Shown: positions 9,879-19,314 of the stretch, in pieces
Numbering within the stretch: position 1 is the stretch's first letter
Layout of the letters: each line of letters begins with the position of its first letter
Assembly: GCF_037902255.1 (NCBI RefSeq)
Contig: NZ_CP147990.1
Span: 2,310,001 to 2,342,000 of the forward strand
DNA from: Candidatus Electrothrix sp. GW3-4
GTDB lineage: Bacteria; Desulfobacterota; Desulfobulbia; Desulfobulbales; Desulfobulbaceae
Direction: 5' to 3'
DNA length: 32,000 bases
Position numbers and translations under genes: made by a program
The notes under the pieces: generated by a model
What the model saw: the letters and a program-made list of their open reading frames with translations, nothing else
Database searches by the model: none
What the model was told of the DNA's origin: nothing

Positions 9879-10542
9879 AGAACAGCGCATCGGAAACTGC
9901 CTTGATCGCCTTCTCTTGCAAGTAAGAAATGGTAATGATGAGCTGACAGAAATCATCATTGTGGACGGCGGCAGTACAGACCAGACCGTCCAGGAGGCCT
10001 TAACACGAGGGATTCGGGTGATCAATTCTGAACCCGGTCGGGGCCAACAGCAGCATCGCGGTGTCGAGGTGGCAGCAGGAGATATCCTCCTCTTTCTCCA
10101 TTGTGACACTGTCCTGCCCGAGACCTTTTCCGAGCATATCCGTTCAAGCCTGCAAGGGAATAAGGTTGTGGCTGGGGCCTTCAGGCTGAAAATTAAGGGC
10201 AAGGGATTCGGATTTCGCCTCATAGAAGCCGGAGTACAGCTTCGTTCAAAAATCTTTACCCTTCCCTATGGTGATCAGGCCCTCTTCATGCGCCGGAAAA
10301 CCTATTGCGCTGCTGGCGGATTTCCCCAGCAACCCATCATGGAAGATGTCGCCCTGGTACGTCGCTTGAAAAAGCTGGGCAGGATAGTCCTTGCCCAGAC
10401 CCATGTAACGACCTCCGCCAGACGCTGGCAACAACACGGTCTGATGAAAACAACCCTGATCAACCAGCTCATGCTCTTTGGCCGAGCTGTCGGTATTCCT
10501 CCACAGCAACTGGCCCGCTTTTACTACAGGCAAAGGAAATAA
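9769..10542 (+). CDS. Family-2 glycosyltransferase, TIGR04283-like partner of the preceding gene
   Basis: ISIIIPTLNEEQRI, IIVDGGSTDQT and FLHCDT are GT-A/GT2 motifs. The only in-frame start candidates upstream of the conserved core are TTG (9769, 9799, 9826) or CTG. The gene overlaps the upstream gene by 53-110 nt in the +1 frame. Confidence 0.75.
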   Translation: MPNSKKATFPLPCFLNCTILIALKTLSISIIIPTLNEEQRIGNCLDRLLLQVRNGNDELTEIIIVDGGSTDQTVQEALTRGIRVINSEPGRGQQQHRGVEVAAGDILLFLHCDTVLPETFSEHIRSSLQGNKVVAGAFRLKIKGKGFGFRLIEAGVQLRSKIFTLPYGDQALFMRRKTYCAAGGFPQQPIMEDVALVRRLKKLGRIVLAQTHVTTSARRWQQHGLMKTTLINQLMLFGRAVGIPPQQLARFYYRQRK

Positions 10543-10547
10543 GATTT

Positions 10548-11435
10548 ATGCAGGCAATGCTTTTCGCTGCCGGATTCGGCACCCGTTTACGTCCCTATAC
10601 CCTTGTTCGCCCCAAACCGCTCTTTCCGGTCTGTAATGTGCCCTTACTCCAGATCCTGCTGGATAAGCTGGTTGATGCAGGCTGCGACCGCATCGTAGTT
10701 AACTGCCATTATCTTTCTGAACAAATTAAAGCGGCTGTTGCGGACAGACCGGAAGTCATCCTTCAGCACGAAACAGAGATACTGGGGACCGGTGGCGGGC
10801 TACGCAAGGCTCTGGAGCATTTCCAAGATGGACCAGATGGACCTATTCTGGTGATGAACGGGGATATCTTTCATAATATTGACCTTGCCAGCATCGTGCA
10901 GGCGCACGCGACAAGCGGAGATGCGGTCACTCTGGCGCTCCATGATTACCCCCGTTTTAACTCCGTTGTTGTCCAGCAGGAAAAAGTCCGTGACTTTTTA
11001 TCGAGCAAAGAACCCGCCAAAGAAAATCTTCAGGAATCTCCTCTGGCATTCACTGGAATTCATCTCGTCAACCGAGCTGTCCTTGAACAAATTCCCCCAG
11101 GATGTTTTTTCCATATAATTGACCTATACAGAGAGTTGGCCAAAGCAGGGGAAATAGGTTTTATACGGACTGACGGCAACTTCTGGCAGGATATGGGGAC
11201 GCCGGAAGATTATCTGGATCTCCATCGCCATTTGCTCTCCTCACGGACTCCATCCTGGCAGATACATAAGAGCGCTAAAATCGGAAAAGATGTAGAGCTG
11301 AGGGACTGGGGGGCTATCGGACCTGGGGCAGTTATTGGCGATGGAGCAAGACTGACTCGCTCTGTGATTTGGGAAGGGGCTCAGGTCACGGCCGGAGCTA
11401 AGCTCGCTGATACAATCTGTCCTGCTGAGTCCTGA
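10548..11435 (+). CDS. Sugar-phosphate nucleotidyltransferase (NTP_transferase fold plus short left-handed beta-helix tail)
   Basis: MLFAAGFGTRLRPYTLVRPKPLFPV is the G-x-G-T-R-L nucleotidyltransferase signature. The C-terminal hexapeptide-like repeats read IGPGAVIGDGARL. The ATG at 10548 has AAGGAAA upstream and sits 5 nt after the GT2 stop. The track ORF start at 10305 is an artefactual extension. Confidence 0.8.
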   Translation: MQAMLFAAGFGTRLRPYTLVRPKPLFPVCNVPLLQILLDKLVDAGCDRIVVNCHYLSEQIKAAVADRPEVILQHETEILGTGGGLRKALEHFQDGPDGPILVMNGDIFHNIDLASIVQAHATSGDAVTLALHDYPRFNSVVVQQEKVRDFLSSKEPAKENLQESPLAFTGIHLVNRAVLEQIPPGCFFHIIDLYRELAKAGEIGFIRTDGNFWQDMGTPEDYLDLHRHLLSSRTPSWQIHKSAKIGKDVELRDWGAIGPGAVIGDGARLTRSVIWEGAQVTAGAKLADTICPAES

Positions 11436-11534
11436 GCTGCCCGCTGCGCCTTTAAACCGGCAACTCAGCCAAGAGAGTCATCCGGTATATAGCAATTCTT
11501 ATGCTCAGGGGTTCCCTAAGCTCAAATTATTAAG

Positions 11535-11573
11535 CCCTTTCAGGACCCTTTCAAACAGGTTCTCCTGAAAGGG
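11535..11573. terminator. 11-bp perfect hairpin between convergent genes (possible bidirectional terminator)
   Basis: CCCTTTCAGGA (11535-11545) pairs with TCCTGAAAGGG (11563-11573). There is no clean U-tract on either strand, so function is uncertain. Confidence 0.35.
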
Positions 11574-11633
11574 AAAATCCTCCGGGAAATGGGCTCGGTG
11601 GTGGCGCCCACAAATTTTACGTTCTCAAGGCCA

Positions 11634-11957
11634 TCAGCTCTGTCCGTCTTTAGCCTTAATGAAACGCATTTTCAGTTCATAAAGCACCCGGTCCAGCAAC
11701 TCCTGCTCATCTTTTTCCAGATTCCCCTTAGTCTTTTCTTCCAGCATAACCAAGGTATCAATACTGTGCCGGACAAGCTCAAGATCCATGCTCTTTTGCC
11801 CAGTCTCTGGATGAGGCAACTCACCGAGATGAAACAAGGCCGTGGTATTCAGGGAAAGGATCAGGGAGATAAAGGAGACCGCAGGCATGACGCAGTCCCC
11901 GTTCCTGTTCTTCACCCTTCCTTCAGGACATTCGCAATCTTTTTCTTGGTCACTCAT
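11634..11957 (-). CDS. DUF1844 domain protein
   Basis: FISLILSLNTTALFHLGELPHPETGQKSMDLELVRHSIDTLVMLEEKTKGNL matches my recollection of the DUF1844 core. ATG at 11957, with a GTG one codon upstream. It lies directly downstream of serA on the same strand. Confidence 0.65.
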   Translation of the reverse strand: MSDQEKDCECPEGRVKNRNGDCVMPAVSFISLILSLNTTALFHLGELPHPETGQKSMDLELVRHSIDTLVMLEEKTKGNLEKDEQELLDRVLYELKMRFIKAKDGQS

Positions 11958-12098
11958 CACGTTATGCAGAGTTAAGGTTGATCAGGAGCGGGGTGTATTT
12001 CCCTCTGCTCATCCTGTTAAGTAACATGACGTTGTACCTCACTGTTACTTTTAAATTTGGTCTCGGTCGCAGGCCGCAGGGAGCGCTCTTGAGCAAAA

Positions 12099-13697
12099 TC
12101 AAGACGCATAGGCAGGCAGCTCCAGGGCCATTGCATCCTCAATATGCTCCAGCTCCTTCACCTTGGTAAGAAGTTCCTTGCTGACCGGCTGATTGGTGTT
12201 AAGGAGGATTACATTGCGGCTGGAGGTTTCTTCCTGACCAACAACCATATTGGAAATATTTACCCCACCTGCACCAATAATGGTCGCCAAGGCGCCGATC
12301 ACACCAGGTACATCCTTATTATGCACCAGCAGCATAGGGCCAGCAGGCAAGGCCTCGAGGCGGAAGGAGTTAAAGCGGACCAGACGCGGCTCTTTGGTGC
12401 CGAATACAGTTCCGGCCAGCATGTTCTCACCCTCAGTGGTTTTCACTGTCACCCGGACAAGATTGATAAAATCCGCACTCCGGCTACTCTTGGACTCAAC
12501 CACCCGAATCCCCCGCTCTTCAGCAATCAGAGGGGCATTAACAAAGTTGACCGCATCCTGGAGGATAGGGGTAAACAGCCCTTTCAGAAAGGCCACAGTC
12601 ACGGGATTAGTGTCCTGCTCCGCAAGATCACCGCTGAACTCCAGCGTTACCTCCTGCACCCCGCCCTGAGAGATCTGCATATGGAGGCCCCCCAACATCT
12701 CGCCAAGGGTGATATAGGGACCAACCTTGGCCAACACTTCATCGCTGACCGAAGGCACGTTAACTGCGTTGCGGACAGAGCCTTTGAGCAGATAGTCAGC
12801 CATCTGTTCAGCGATCGCTACGGCCACATTTTCCTGGGCCTCAGCCGTAGAAGCGCCCAGATGAGGCGTGCAGATAAAATTATCCAGCCCCAGCAGAGGT
12901 GTGGTCTCCAGCGTGGTCGGTTCTTTTTCAAAAACATCCAGAGCTGCCCCGGCAATCCGTCCTTCCTTCAGAGCTGCGTACAAGGCCTCTTCATCCAAAA
13001 CACCACCACGAGCGCAGTCAATGAACATAGCTTCCTTTTTCATGGCAGCAAAAAATTCTGTAGAAAGCAGATGGTGGGTATCCTTGGTCAGTGGAGTATG
13101 TACAGAAATATAATCAGCCCGTTTGGCCAATTCCAGCAAATCCACCCGCTCTACCCCGAGCTTTTTCACTAACTCATCAGGCATAAAAGGGTCATAGGCG
13201 ATGACCTTCATTTTCAGCCCCTGAGCCCGATTGGCCACGATGGAACCGATGCGTCCGATGCCGACAATACCAAGGGTTTTCCCGGTAACTTCGCGGCCCA
13301 TAAAGCTCTTCTTCTCCCATTTCCCGGCCTTCATGGAAGCCGTTGCCTGGGGGATATTTCTGGAAAGGGACATCATCATAGAAATAGCGTGCTCAGCCGC
13401 TGTGGTGGCATTACCGTCCGGGGCATTCATAACCACAATCCCCTTTTCGCTGGCTGCCGGGATATCCACGTTATCCAGCCCGATACCGGCTCGCCCCACC
13501 ACCTTTAATTTTGTTGCGGCCTCAATGATATCTTCCCGCACCTTGGTGGCGCTCCGGATGACCAATCCATCGTAATCCGGGATAATCGCCTTGAGTTCCT
13601 CCGGTGGCAGCCCAGTATTTACATCCACCTCCAACCCGGCCTCTTTCAGAATTTTTTCACCGATGGGCGCGAGATTATCACTGATAAGCACTTTCAT
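12099..13697 (-). CDS. serA: D-3-phosphoglycerate dehydrogenase, long form with C-terminal regulatory (ACT) domain
   Basis: MKVLISDNL...GLVIRSATKV, NAD motif GIVGIGRIGS, catalytic region CTPHLGAST, 532 aa. RBS AAGGGG upstream. Confidence 0.93.
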   Translation of the reverse strand: MKVLISDNLAPIGEKILKEAGLEVDVNTGLPPEELKAIIPDYDGLVIRSATKVREDIIEAATKLKVVGRAGIGLDNVDIPAASEKGIVVMNAPDGNATTAAEHAISMMMSLSRNIPQATASMKAGKWEKKSFMGREVTGKTLGIVGIGRIGSIVANRAQGLKMKVIAYDPFMPDELVKKLGVERVDLLELAKRADYISVHTPLTKDTHHLLSTEFFAAMKKEAMFIDCARGGVLDEEALYAALKEGRIAGAALDVFEKEPTTLETTPLLGLDNFICTPHLGASTAEAQENVAVAIAEQMADYLLKGSVRNAVNVPSVSDEVLAKVGPYITLGEMLGGLHMQISQGGVQEVTLEFSGDLAEQDTNPVTVAFLKGLFTPILQDAVNFVNAPLIAEERGIRVVESKSSRSADFINLVRVTVKTTEGENMLAGTVFGTKEPRLVRFNSFRLEALPAGPMLLVHNKDVPGVIGALATIIGAGGVNISNMVVGQEETSSRNVILLNTNQPVSKELLTKVKELEHIEDAMALELPAYAS

Positions 13698-13903
13698 ATT
13701 TTTCCCCTTAATACTCCGTTCCTTAGTTCACATTAATATATCTGAAAAACAAAAAATGTTGATTTTTAAATACAAAGCTTGCACTATAACGAGATTCATA
13801 CAGCCCGACAATATTAAAATCGCAGAGGCGGTTTTCCCACATCTGGTTGGCACACCCACAACTGCGCAATAATTTCGCAGAAACAATATACAAGGAGCAC
13901 ATT

Positions 13904-15385
13904 ATGTCGGAAGTTCGTGTCCGTTTCCCTCCCAGCCCTACCGGGTATCTCCATATTGGCAGCGCCCGTACTGCCCTTCTGAATTGGCTCTGGGCAAAAA
14001 AAAATAACGGCAAGCTCATTCTCCGGATTGAAGATACCGATACCGAGCGTTCCACCCAGGAGTCCATTGAGGGTATTCTTGACGGCCTGCAATGGCTGGG
14101 GCTTGACTGGGACGAAGGCCCCTATTTTCAGACCGAATTTGCTGAGGATCATCGCAAGGCAGCGGATCAGCTGCTCGAATCCGGCCATGCCTATAAATGC
14201 TTCTGTACCAAGGAAGAATTGGAGGCAAAACGGGAGGCTGCCAAAGTCGAGAAAAAAGAATTCGGTTATGATGGCACCTGTCGCCACCTGACACCGGAAC
14301 AGGTTGTAGAAAAAGAGGCGGCTGACCAGCCCTCTGTTCTTCGCTTCAAGGTACCTGAACAAGAAGGCAAACTGGCCTATCATGACGAGGTACTGGGAAC
14401 CATTGAGCGTGCCTATAATGATATTGAGGACTTTGTCATTGTTCGCTCCAACGGTAAGCCCCTCTATATGCTCTGTAACGTGGTGGATGACATCCGCGAC
14501 CGCATTACCCATATCATTCGCGGTCAGGATCATATGAGCAATACCACCCGCCAAGTCCTGCTCTATCAGGCTCTGGATGCACCGATCCCAATTTTTGCCC
14601 ATATGCCACTGACCCTGGATCTGCAAAAACGAAAGATCTCCAAGCGCAGTCACGGCGAGCTGGTTTCTGTCCAGTTTTACCGAGAAAAGGGTTTTATCCC
14701 TTGGGCCTTATGCAATTTTCTCGCCCTGCTCGGCTGGAATCCGGGCACGGATCAGGAGATCTTCAGCCGGGAAGAGCTGATTGAAACCTTTACCCTGGAC
14801 CGCATCAGCAAGGTCAATTCGGTGTTCAATCACCGGAAAGGGGATCCGAAATTCTTTACAGATCCCAAGTTGATTTCCATTAATGAGCAGTATCTCCGTT
14901 CAATGGAGATTTCCGCCCTGGCAGAACTGGTGAAGCAGGACTTCATCCAGCAGGATATCTGGGACAAATCCTATGACGGAGCGAGAAGAGAATGGTTCCT
15001 GACCACCCTGGACCTGATCAGGGACCGCTTTCATACGGTGCGCGATTTTGCCACCCTCGGCCGGGCCTATTTTGCTAATGACTACACCGTCGAAGCCAAA
15101 CCGCTGAAGAAAAATATTCTCAAGCACCCCGGTCTCAAGACCTGGATGCCCATGCTCTCTGAACGCCTTGCCGGGTTGGGCACCTTTGATAAGGAGAGCA
15201 GTGAGGCCGCAACCCGCGAACTTGCTACGGAGCTGGACATTAAACCCGGCATCCTGATTAACGGGATGCGCACGGTCCTTACCGGCCAATTGGCCGGACC
15301 AGGGATGTTTGATATCCTCATCGCTTTGGGTAAAAACCGGGTTGTTGAACGTTTGCAGGATATAGGCCATCTCTACGAGGAGTAA
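13904..15385 (+). CDS. gltX: Glutamyl-tRNA synthetase
   Basis: VRVRFPPSPTGYLHIGSARTAL (HIGH motif) and the KISKRS (KMSKS) motif. The ATG at 13904 has AAGGAG at 13892-13897. The track start at 13847 is an upstream extension. Confidence 0.95.
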   Translation: MSEVRVRFPPSPTGYLHIGSARTALLNWLWAKKNNGKLILRIEDTDTERSTQESIEGILDGLQWLGLDWDEGPYFQTEFAEDHRKAADQLLESGHAYKCFCTKEELEAKREAAKVEKKEFGYDGTCRHLTPEQVVEKEAADQPSVLRFKVPEQEGKLAYHDEVLGTIERAYNDIEDFVIVRSNGKPLYMLCNVVDDIRDRITHIIRGQDHMSNTTRQVLLYQALDAPIPIFAHMPLTLDLQKRKISKRSHGELVSVQFYREKGFIPWALCNFLALLGWNPGTDQEIFSREELIETFTLDRISKVNSVFNHRKGDPKFFTDPKLISINEQYLRSMEISALAELVKQDFIQQDIWDKSYDGARREWFLTTLDLIRDRFHTVRDFATLGRAYFANDYTVEAKPLKKNILKHPGLKTWMPMLSERLAGLGTFDKESSEAATRELATELDIKPGILINGMRTVLTGQLAGPGMFDILIALGKNRVVERLQDIGHLYEE

Positions 15386-15464
15386 GAGCCGTATTATATC
15401 CTGTTTTCCCAGACCTGTTGAACAGAGATACACGCATTCTCCATTGAGAAGCAATCTGCTTTTG

Positions 15465-15493
15465 TTGACTCTTAGGAGCAAATTGCGTACCAT
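15465..15493 (+). promoter_or_regulatory. Candidate sigma70-type promoter of the diguanylate cyclase gene
   Basis: TTGACT (15465-15470), a 17-nt spacer, then TACCAT (15488-15493). Pattern match only. Confidence 0.3.
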
Positions 15494-15572
15494 AAAATAA
15501 GACGAAGAGAAAGGATTGGGGAGAGACAAAAAAGTCCCTGTCACTCCCTAATAACAATATTCGTAGCGAGTT

Positions 15573-17495
15573 GTGTCGTATAACACAATTTTATCAGACG
15601 TCCTTTTCAACAAAAACAGGCGCTGGATGCTGAAGCTACATCATAACTGTGACAAAGAAGGATATACTTTTTTGGCCTGGAGCCTTTCTCTCGTCGTTTC
15701 GCTCATTATCGCTCTGGTGATTCAACAACGAACAGAGAATAAACGGTTTCAGGAAAACCAACGCCGCTCTGTTATTGAGCAGGTCAGTACAATCCGTGCG
15801 CAACTCGAAGGCAAGTTGAATGCTGAGCTCCTGTTGACTCAGAGTATTATCACCGAAGTCGTCTTACATGCCGATATAACGCAAGAGAGATTTTTCGCAA
15901 TTGCTCAGCATCTTATGGAGGAATCAAGGCATATAAAAACTATTGGACTTGCCAAGGGAACCGTTTTAACCTATGTCTATCCGGCAGAGGGAAACAAAGC
16001 GGTTGTCGGGATGGATTACAGAAAAAACATCCTGCAATGGGGAGCAATTAAACGATCCATCACAGAAAAAAAAACCGTACTTGCTGGTCCGTTAGATCTT
16101 GTGCAAGGAGGACGAGGCCTTATAAGTCGCACTCCAATATTTCTTCGCAATCTTCGTAATACCGATAGCGCCGATAAAAAATATTTTGGCATGCTCTCTG
16201 TTGTTATCAAGGTGTCAAGCTTATTCAAAGCAGCCGGGATAATTCAGGCAGAATCCTCCTTAGCACTTTCGCTTCGCGGGAAAGACGGATTAGGTGGTCA
16301 AGGTAACGTCTTCTACGGAAATAAAGATATCTTTACTCAGGAACCGGTACTGCTGGAGGTTACCCTTCCCGGGGGAACTTGGCAGATAGCAGCGGTTCCT
16401 GCTCATGGCTGGCAAAAGCGTTCCCCCAATATTCCCATCTACCGCACAGCAACATCGGCCATTGCTCTGCTCCTTCTCTCTCTTCTGTTTCTTCAGCAGC
16501 ATGAAATAAAGAACCGAAAAAAGGCCGAGGCCGAGCGAAATCGTCTGATACAGGAACTGGAAGTAAAAAACAAAGCGCTTCTTGAACAGGCATTGACTGA
16601 TCCGCTCACCGGACTATACAATCGTCGGGCAATGATGTCGACCCTGCACACAGAAATCAGCCGTAATAATCGCTTCGGCCGCACAGCTTCTCTCCTTCTT
16701 GCCGATATTGATCATTTTAAACAGGTCAATGATATCTATGGACATATGACCGGTGATAGCGTCTTAAAGACGATCGCGTCCTGCGTGGGCAAAAACATAC
16801 GCAGGACAGATTCGTTTGCTCGCTGGGGAGGAGAAGAGTTCCTCATACTCGCGCCCGAAACTTCTTTACAAAACGGGGGCATTTTTGCTGAAAAAATTCG
16901 CCGTTGTCTTGAAAAAAATAGCTATCCCGAAGGGGTAAAAATAACGCTCAGCATCGGAGTTGCTGAATTTAAACCTGATGCGAATCTTGACCTCTGGATA
17001 CAACGAGCCGACAAGGCACTGTATAAGGCCAAATTATCTGGCAGAAACCGCATTGAGCTGGATGATTATACCCCGCCGCAAAGCGAACGCTCCGCAATGC
17101 AGCAGGTCCGACAGCCCACAGAACCTTTTTATGACTTTGGTGCTATTGACCCTCTCATAGGGATCAATAGCCGTTATACGGTCCTGCCCGTGCTGGAAAA
17201 GGAAATCAGCCGCAATAACCGCTTCGGCTATGTCTCGTCCCTCCTGCTTACCGAGATCAATCATCTCCAAGGAACAGATAATCATAGTAACTTCGATGGC
17301 TTCGAGCCTACAATAAAAAAAATCTGTTCAGAATTGACCGGGCAGATACGGAGCACGGATACCTTTGCCCGTTGGGAGAAAAAAAAGCTGCTGCTCCTTG
17401 CCCCGGAAACATCTCTTGCGAACGCTGATTTTTTTGCTGAAAAAATCGGCATCCTTCATATCCGGGTTGACACTTGTACAGAAAGTTATTCATAA
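15573..17495 (+). CDS. Membrane sensor diguanylate cyclase (periplasmic CHASE-like domain, active GGDEF, second degenerate GGDEF), 3' end truncated by IS insertion
   Basis: Two TM segments flank a periplasmic domain of about 250 aa. GGDEF domain 1 has the RRTD I-site plus GGEEF. Domain 2 has RSTD plus EKKKL. From 17448 the frame reads IS sequence (GILHIRVDTCTESYS, then stop). Alternative start ATG at 15627. Confidence 0.85.
   Translation: MSYNTILSDVLFNKNRRWMLKLHHNCDKEGYTFLAWSLSLVVSLIIALVIQQRTENKRFQENQRRSVIEQVSTIRAQLEGKLNAELLLTQSIITEVVLHADITQERFFAIAQHLMEESRHIKTIGLAKGTVLTYVYPAEGNKAVVGMDYRKNILQWGAIKRSITEKKTVLAGPLDLVQGGRGLISRTPIFLRNLRNTDSADKKYFGMLSVVIKVSSLFKAAGIIQAESSLALSLRGKDGLGGQGNVFYGNKDIFTQEPVLLEVTLPGGTWQIAAVPAHGWQKRSPNIPIYRTATSAIALLLLSLLFLQQHEIKNRKKAEAERNRLIQELEVKNKALLEQALTDPLTGLYNRRAMMSTLHTEISRNNRFGRTASLLLADIDHFKQVNDIYGHMTGDSVLKTIASCVGKNIRRTDSFARWGGEEFLILAPETSLQNGGIFAEKIRRCLEKNSYPEGVKITLSIGVAEFKPDANLDLWIQRADKALYKAKLSGRNRIELDDYTPPQSERSAMQQVRQPTEPFYDFGAIDPLIGINSRYTVLPVLEKEISRNNRFGYVSSLLLTEINHLQGTDNHSNFDGFEPTIKKICSELTGQIRSTDTFARWEKKKLLLLAPETSLANADFFAEKIGILHIRVDTCTESYS
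17440..17447. repeat. Target-site duplication, left copy (AAAAAATC)
   Basis: Identical 8-mer directly abutting both IS termini. Confidence 0.85.
17467..17495 (+). promoter_or_regulatory. Candidate transposase promoter just inside the left end of the IS, starting 4 nt after IRL
   Basis: TTGACA (17467-17472), a 17-nt spacer, then TCATAA (17490-17495), about 55 nt upstream of the transposase start. Confidence 0.4.
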
Positions 17496-17551
17496 AGTTG
17501 CGACAAGCTGCTTGGTTCAGCTATTATAATGGCAAATAATCCTCAGCCAAA

Positions 17552-19159
17552 TTGAACCAACATCGCCTTATGTTTTCTCTCGTACCTCAAGTGCCCGTCC
17601 CCGATAACGCGAGCAATATTTTCGGAAATAAATTTCTTCGTCGCCCTGAGTTAGCAACTTTCGATCGACTACAAATCGTTTATGAAGCGTATTGCGCTAA
17701 AATTTTCGGTCTATGGGGCACGGTAACCGCATTATCGAAATATTACAATGTTTCCAGGACGTTTATCTATGACACCTTGGCGGTTTTCGAGGAAATTGTT
17801 GAACTTGCGCTCGGGCCGCCCGTTCAACCTGCCGATACTGAAAACAAAAGAGAAGCTGTTGAAATGATAGCTTCATTACGACTTGAGGGGAAATGCGGTA
17901 TCGGATCTATTGTGGCGATAATGAACCGCATCGGCCTACGCTTCTCATCTCAAGGTACTGTTAGCACATATTTAAATCATATAGGCTCGCTTGTTCCCCC
18001 TGAGCTGAGGCTTGAAGACAATGATTTGCGGGTTGTCTTTCTGAGCGATGAAATCTTTTCCGGCGGTGTACCTATTCTAATCACTGTCGATCCGATCAGC
18101 TCCGCGATTTTAAAGATAGAACTCGCCGAAAAACGACGTGCTGAAGAATGGAAAAAGCATTGGATCTGCCTTGAAAATAATGGAATTGAGGCGATTTATC
18201 TCGTCACCGATGAAGGATCCGGGCTGTGCGCGGCTCACGATGAACTTTTTTCAGGTGTCATCATGAGGCAGCCAGACACTTTTCACGCTGTTGCATATCG
18301 TCTCGGAAGTCGGTTGGAACAACTAGAAAAATCGGCTTATAAAGCTATTACGGAGGAGTATAACCGCGAAGGAAAAATTGCTTCTGCACGAACGAAGGCG
18401 GTTATCCGCAAACGAACCGAACTCTATGAAAAAGCACGCAGCGAAGCGCGGAAGGCCGTGGCGCTGTATGATAACTTTTTTTATCTATACCGATGTATTA
18501 TCAATGAATTGAACCCGTTCTGCTGCGACGGCCAACTGCGGAATCGTCAGCAGGCGGAAGGCAACATTCAGGCAGCTCTTGAGATGATTGAAACTCTCGG
18601 CAATGAAAAAATCAACAAAGCAATCGACGGAATAAAAAATATCCTGCCGAATCTTCTGAATTATTTCGTTGTAGCCCTCGAGGTCAGGGAAGAACTCGAA
18701 AAATTGCCGATCAATCATAACGCGCTGTCGTCGCTCTGTTCGGCATGGCAGCATCATAAAGCAGTGATCAAAGCAAAAAAGGCGGATCGCCGTAAGAGAT
18801 GCGCGGACAGAGAACAGAGGCATCTTGAATTCGCCGTAGGGTATCTTCAGGAAGATTTTGAAATTATCAAAGATCGTGTATACAACGAGTTGGACACAAT
18901 TGTACAGAGTTCGGCCATGGTCGAATGTATCAACTCCGTCATTCGTCCGTATCTGAATACCTCACGGGGACAGGTGAACCAGAACACCTTGAATCTGATC
19001 GCATTTTATCATAATAACAGGCGATACCGTGCGGGAAAACGAGTCAAGAAAACACCGATGGAGATTTTGACGGGTAAAAAGCAGGAAAAAGACTGGACTG
19101 AGCTGCTATTTGACCTGATTGAGGAAAAAGACCCTCTATTTTTCTCGGCAGCGGCCTGA
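17552..19159 (+). CDS. IS transposase (putative DDE)
   Basis: 535-aa ORF filling the IS. N-terminal HTH-like segment (TALSKYYNVSRTFIYDTL). Candidate acidic residues are in ILITVDP, LVTDEGSG and VECINSVIR (E-x2-N-x3-R). TTG at 17552 or ATG at 17570. Confidence 0.75.
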   Translation: MNQHRLMFSLVPQVPVPDNASNIFGNKFLRRPELATFDRLQIVYEAYCAKIFGLWGTVTALSKYYNVSRTFIYDTLAVFEEIVELALGPPVQPADTENKREAVEMIASLRLEGKCGIGSIVAIMNRIGLRFSSQGTVSTYLNHIGSLVPPELRLEDNDLRVVFLSDEIFSGGVPILITVDPISSAILKIELAEKRRAEEWKKHWICLENNGIEAIYLVTDEGSGLCAAHDELFSGVIMRQPDTFHAVAYRLGSRLEQLEKSAYKAITEEYNREGKIASARTKAVIRKRTELYEKARSEARKAVALYDNFFYLYRCIINELNPFCCDGQLRNRQQAEGNIQAALEMIETLGNEKINKAIDGIKNILPNLLNYFVVALEVREELEKLPINHNALSSLCSAWQHHKAVIKAKKADRRKRCADREQRHLEFAVGYLQEDFEIIKDRVYNELDTIVQSSAMVECINSVIRPYLNTSRGQVNQNTLNLIAFYHNNRRYRAGKRVKKTPMEILTGKKQEKDWTELLFDLIEEKDPLFFSAAA

Positions 19160-19306
19160 AATTATACATCAACGGTTCCTGATCTTCAGTTAAGAAGCCG
19201 TTAATCAACTCTGAGAAAGTGACAGCGGTGATATGTATTGGTGCGTCTTCGCCGCATTGTATTAAAAAAAAGTGTCAACTACTTTTGGGTGGATATGAAG
19301 CATGCC

Positions 19307-19314
19307 AAAAAATC
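19307..19314. repeat. Target-site duplication, right copy (AAAAAATC)
   Basis: Identical to 17440-17447. Confidence 0.85.

Larger units (their letters stand above)
17448..19306 (+). mobile_element. Complete IS element, 1859 bp, single DDE-type transposase ORF, family unassigned
   Basis: IRL is GGCATCCTTCATATCC (17448-17463). The reverse complement of 19291-19306 is GGCATGCTTCATATCC, a 15/16 match. A TTGACACTT 9-mer sits just inside both ends, and the element is flanked by an 8-bp direct repeat. GG(C) termini and an 8-bp duplication are compatible with ISL3-, IS256- or ISH6-type elements, but I cannot assign the family. Confidence 0.9.

Noticed and set aside
10305-10547. N-terminal 81-codon extension of the nucleotidyltransferase ORF
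   Set aside because: It overlaps the GT2 gene in another frame. The conserved GxGTRL motif begins right after the ATG at 10548, which has its own RBS.
13848-13853. TGGCAC motifs (also 24800-24805 and 27284-27289) as sigma54 -24 elements for the NtrC-type regulator
   Set aside because: None has a GC (-12, TTGC) element at the required spacing (GG-N10-GC). Two face no downstream gene. No convincing sigma54 promoter was found by eye, so targets of the regulator are probably outside the window.
19219-19314. First 32 codons of track ORF 19219-19551
   Set aside because: This stretch lies inside the IS right end plus the duplicated target. Only 19315-19551 is genuine cyclase coding sequence.
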